Under the pieces are notes generated by a model that was given only the letters and a program-made list of their open reading frames with translations, searched no databases and was not told where the DNA came from. Shown piece after piece: positions 60,528-64,000 of a stretch of DNA of 64,000 nt (position 1 is its first letter; every line of letters starts with the position of its first letter). Source of the DNA: Pristiophorus japonicus (taxonomy: Eukaryota). The stretch spans positions 35,340,001 through 35,404,000 of the forward strand of contig NC_091982.1 of assembly GCF_044704955.1 (NCBI RefSeq), read 5' to 3'. The position numbers and the translations under genes were made by a program.

Positions 60528-62844
60528 AGCCCCAGCAGCGTCCACCTCCTGTCCCAATTCCCGCTCCTGCCTGCCGACCATGATGTCACTCCCGCTGGTC
60601 TCGGATGAGAATCAGAGCTGAACTATTTAAAATGAGGCCCAGGCCCCATGCTAAAGGGGCCTGTATGGGTTTCCCTTCCCCCCTGCAGCCCACCTGCCCC
60701 AAACACATCTCAAGTTAAAATCAGGTCTTCTGCCATGAGTATGACTTCACTGTACCAGTTTTAATCCCATTACACAAAGGAACACCTCCAATTACACCTA
60801 ACTCATCCTGTTCTACATTGCAATGTACCGAGACAGTCTTCATTATCCTCTGATCTGCAACATAAGTAAGAAAAATCTAAATGTAATTAAGCCACTATGT
60901 CAGGCTTACATGCCATCACTCTATAATTTTGCATAATGTAAACAGATCAATGCGTTCTCTACTACACTATGCTGACAATTCATGATTGCAATTGTATTAA
61001 AAGAGAACGTTTTTATCAACCATTTTATATTAGAAAGATGTTTCACTTAACTTATCGAGCCTTTGAATTTTGAAAAGCTTAACAGCAACGTGAGAAAACT
61101 TGCTGATGTTTAGAGATTTTACATAACAATTTTGTTATTAAATGATAACAGAAATGGAGATGTGCCTGATACTCCTGCAGTCTGGCCTGACAAGGATCTG
61201 TTTATTTTCTAGTTTATCATGGGCTGGGAAACTGTGACAGTGACTGAATCAAGCAAGTTCTATTTGTATTACACGGGATTCCAGGATTTTCACAGGCCTT
61301 TTGGGGATGACATTCTGCAATTCTGTCTGTTTACAATTACGGCTATAGGTTTCACGGTAACTGAATAAGTCAAATTTAGTTTTTATTATACGGGATTCCA
61401 GCACCAGGAAATTCCTCGGAAGATCAGTGGAAACGCCGCGTGCACTACGGAAACGGGATTTCCGCTGATCTTCCATCGAAGTTACGGTGGACGATCGGGA
61501 GAACTTCCAAAGAAATTCCCAGCATAGGTTTTTTAAATATCGTTTTGGGCATCATGTTCCATAATTCTGCATTATCTTCCTGTGAATATCATAAATCAGA
61601 GGCCTTATACGTGGATTTATGTTGAGTGCCATTTTCCTTCTTAAAAACAAATGGTGAGCAAACCTAGTTTGTTTAGGAAGAAAAAATAAGCAGAAAAACT
61701 GCATCATTGTGTTACAGTTGGAGCCAAGATACGTTTCACACTGTGTGCTCACAGACCGAAACAGATTTGGCAAAAAAAATCATGCCTTTAAAAGCACCAT
61801 TTATTGTATTCAAATTCTCTTCTCCCTTCCGCCAAGAAAAACACATTTTGTAAAGCAATTGGAGTGATAAAAGTCTACCTGTCACACAGAGCTCACGTAA
61901 ACTCATAACCCTCTCCCCCATGTTTCCTTATGAAAGTGACAGAATAAAGGGAATGACCCCTAAAGTATGGCATAGAACTAACTGAAAGGAAATAATTTTT
62001 ATATTCCACCTCATTTGGCAAATGGCAGCAAAATTATTAAATTTGCTAATTATGCTAAATACATGCGGGCAATTAAAGTTGAGTGTAATGCAGGGCCGAC
62101 CTTGCTCACTTAGTGTGGTGCACCACCCAGCACAATACAATGGACCCATCAGGAGCAATTGAGGCCTCAGCCACTGGGACGGCAGATGGTGCCTGGAAGG
62201 GTCTGACATTAACATCTGAATAGATATTTGATGGCTGCATATTACCAATGGACACACTTTCACCTGCTTCCACAACCTCATTCTGGAAAGCAAATGGTCA
62301 TGTTTCATGCAATCCCACGACCCAGCAGACGAACAAAGGGAGAACCAACTATTTTTTTGACACGTGCTAACATATTCCAAAAGATGACAAAAGCTCATTT
62401 GTTGCAGTTATTGTGCAGCAACACAAGTCCCCTTGTGTGTTCAAGTAAATATTGTTTGATTTAAGATGACATTGAATTAAAAAAGATATCAACATCTTTT
62501 TGTAGTATTCAAGCTACTTTAAACACCGTTAGATTGGGGTTGACGTCGCTAAGAACCCAGTTCCTACCAGCAGATATTAAGGATCGAAGTTTTATTTTTA
62601 AAACAGCATTTTATTAACAAGTTAAAATGACAGCTCAGTTTATCTGATCAGTCAACTACGCTCCTGCAGATTAGTAGAGGGCATACTCACTCTGGTGATT
62701 CCTCATCAGTAACTGTTTTATAGGCTGTTAGTACCACTAGATCCCACCGTTCCAGCACCGTGATGCTCAGCATTAGTGAGACACGCAAGTTTACCTGTGG
62801 ACGCCACCAGTTCCATAAGACCCATGTGTCAGGAGCCAATGTAA

Positions 62845-63048
62845 CTAACAGCAACTTGCATTTAGATAGCGCCTTTAACATAGTAAAATATCCCAAGGCG
62901 CTTCGCAGCAGCGTTATCAAATATATTCTGACACCGAGCCACAGAAGGAGATATTACCACAGGTGACCAAAACTTTATCAAAGAGGTAGGTTTTAAGGAG
63001 CACCTAGAGGGGAGAGCTAGTGAGACAGAGAGGTTTAGAGAGGGAATA
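62845..63048 (-). mobile_element. L2 3' tail
   Basis: Matches the other L2 tails in the window. Confidence 0.8.
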
Positions 63049-63217
63049 ACAGCCCATTATAAACAATACAAGGCCAATTTCAGAAATGTTGTCTCGTATG
63101 GAGGGAGGACAGCAAAACAAAAGAGAAATGAGGAGGTAGTCTATTCTTGTACACTTCCTCATAACCAGTTCTGGGGAACAGGGAAGAAAAATGGGACATT
63201 TCATATTTAAGAAAGAA

Positions 63218-63530
63218 AAAAGACTTGCATTTATAAAGCACCTTTCACAACATCAGGACATCCCAAAGTGCTTTACAGCCACTGAAGTACTTTGTCACTC
63301 TTTTAATGCAGGAAACGCAGCAGCCAATTTGCGCACAGCAAGCTCCCACAAACAGCAATGTGAGAATGATTAGATAATCTGCTTTCGGGGTGTTGGTTGA
63401 AGGATAAATATTGGACAGGACAGCGAGGAGAACTCCCCTGCTCTTCTTCGAAATAGTGCCTTTGGATCTTTTACGTTCATGTAAGAGGGCAGACAGGACC
63501 TCGGTTTAACATCTCATCTGAAAGACGTGC
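63218..63530 (-). mobile_element. DeuSINE
   Basis: Deu domain and tail as in the other copies. Confidence 0.85.
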
Positions 63531-64000
63531 ACATTTTACTGTCCGATGCACACATGAGGAATGGGTATTTGGGTGAGGTGCCAGAGGGCTGCCAGTACCC
63601 ACAGGACTGTACTCCCAGACAATTCACCAGCCTCAGAAGGAGCGGGATGAAAAATAATTAGTCCCAATTTTCAACAGGCTGTTAAACATACAAATGGATC
63701 GAATAAATCATTTAGTTTTATATCTGTAGAGAGAAAAAAAAACAGGAACCATATGACAGTGGATAGTCCTAAAGAAAATTAAATGTCGATAAGCATAGTT
63801 AAGCTTGCATATAGAACACAACAAACCACCTCCCAGAATGAAAAAAAACCCGTCCCTTTTTTCCATTGAGTTTTAACTCTGCATTTGATTCTAGAAGTGA
63901 ATTTGGATTTTGCTTTTCTGATATAATTATTGAATTGCACAAGCTATTTGCTCAACACATCGGCCATATTGTTACAGGGAGGGAGGGGAGCAGGAAGTTG

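Noticed and set aside
62000-62120. Conserved enhancer with POU/homeobox-like motifs
   Set aside because: Conservation cannot be judged from one sequence, and such motifs are common in AT-rich DNA

Overview
Repeat-dense, essentially gene-free vertebrate DNA, almost certainly from a shark or other cartilaginous fish. The basis is HER1/CR1-type LINE tails, Deu-domain SacSINE1-like SINEs and a shark-type MHC class II alpha sequence. No intact host protein-coding gene is recognisable, and most ORFs in the track are pieces of decayed transposons. Retroelements: many CR1 and L2 fragments; five RTE LINE insertions, two with 5' inversions; a 5'-truncated Tx1-clade LINE with a 20-bp TSD inside a solo LTR; a full-length but decayed Ty3/Gypsy element (17033-21764) with both LTRs, PBS, PPT and a 5-bp TSD; and three solo LTRs. 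DNA transposons: a decayed two-gene PIF/Harbinger element (22704-27326; Myb/SANT plus HARBI1), several Harbinger-type MITEs and a pogo/Tigger-type MITE. The most striking observation is a spliced, poly(A)-less MHC class II alpha cDNA fragment (leader + alpha1 + half of alpha2; 10975-11487) inside a Harbinger-type MITE that keeps both TIRs and its TSD. An empty sister copy of that MITE lies in the same window. Two other Harbinger-type elements also carry foreign inserts. Two different RTE copies are inserted at the same 12-bp site of the L2 consensus. All alignments were done by eye, so family names and fragment ends are approximate.
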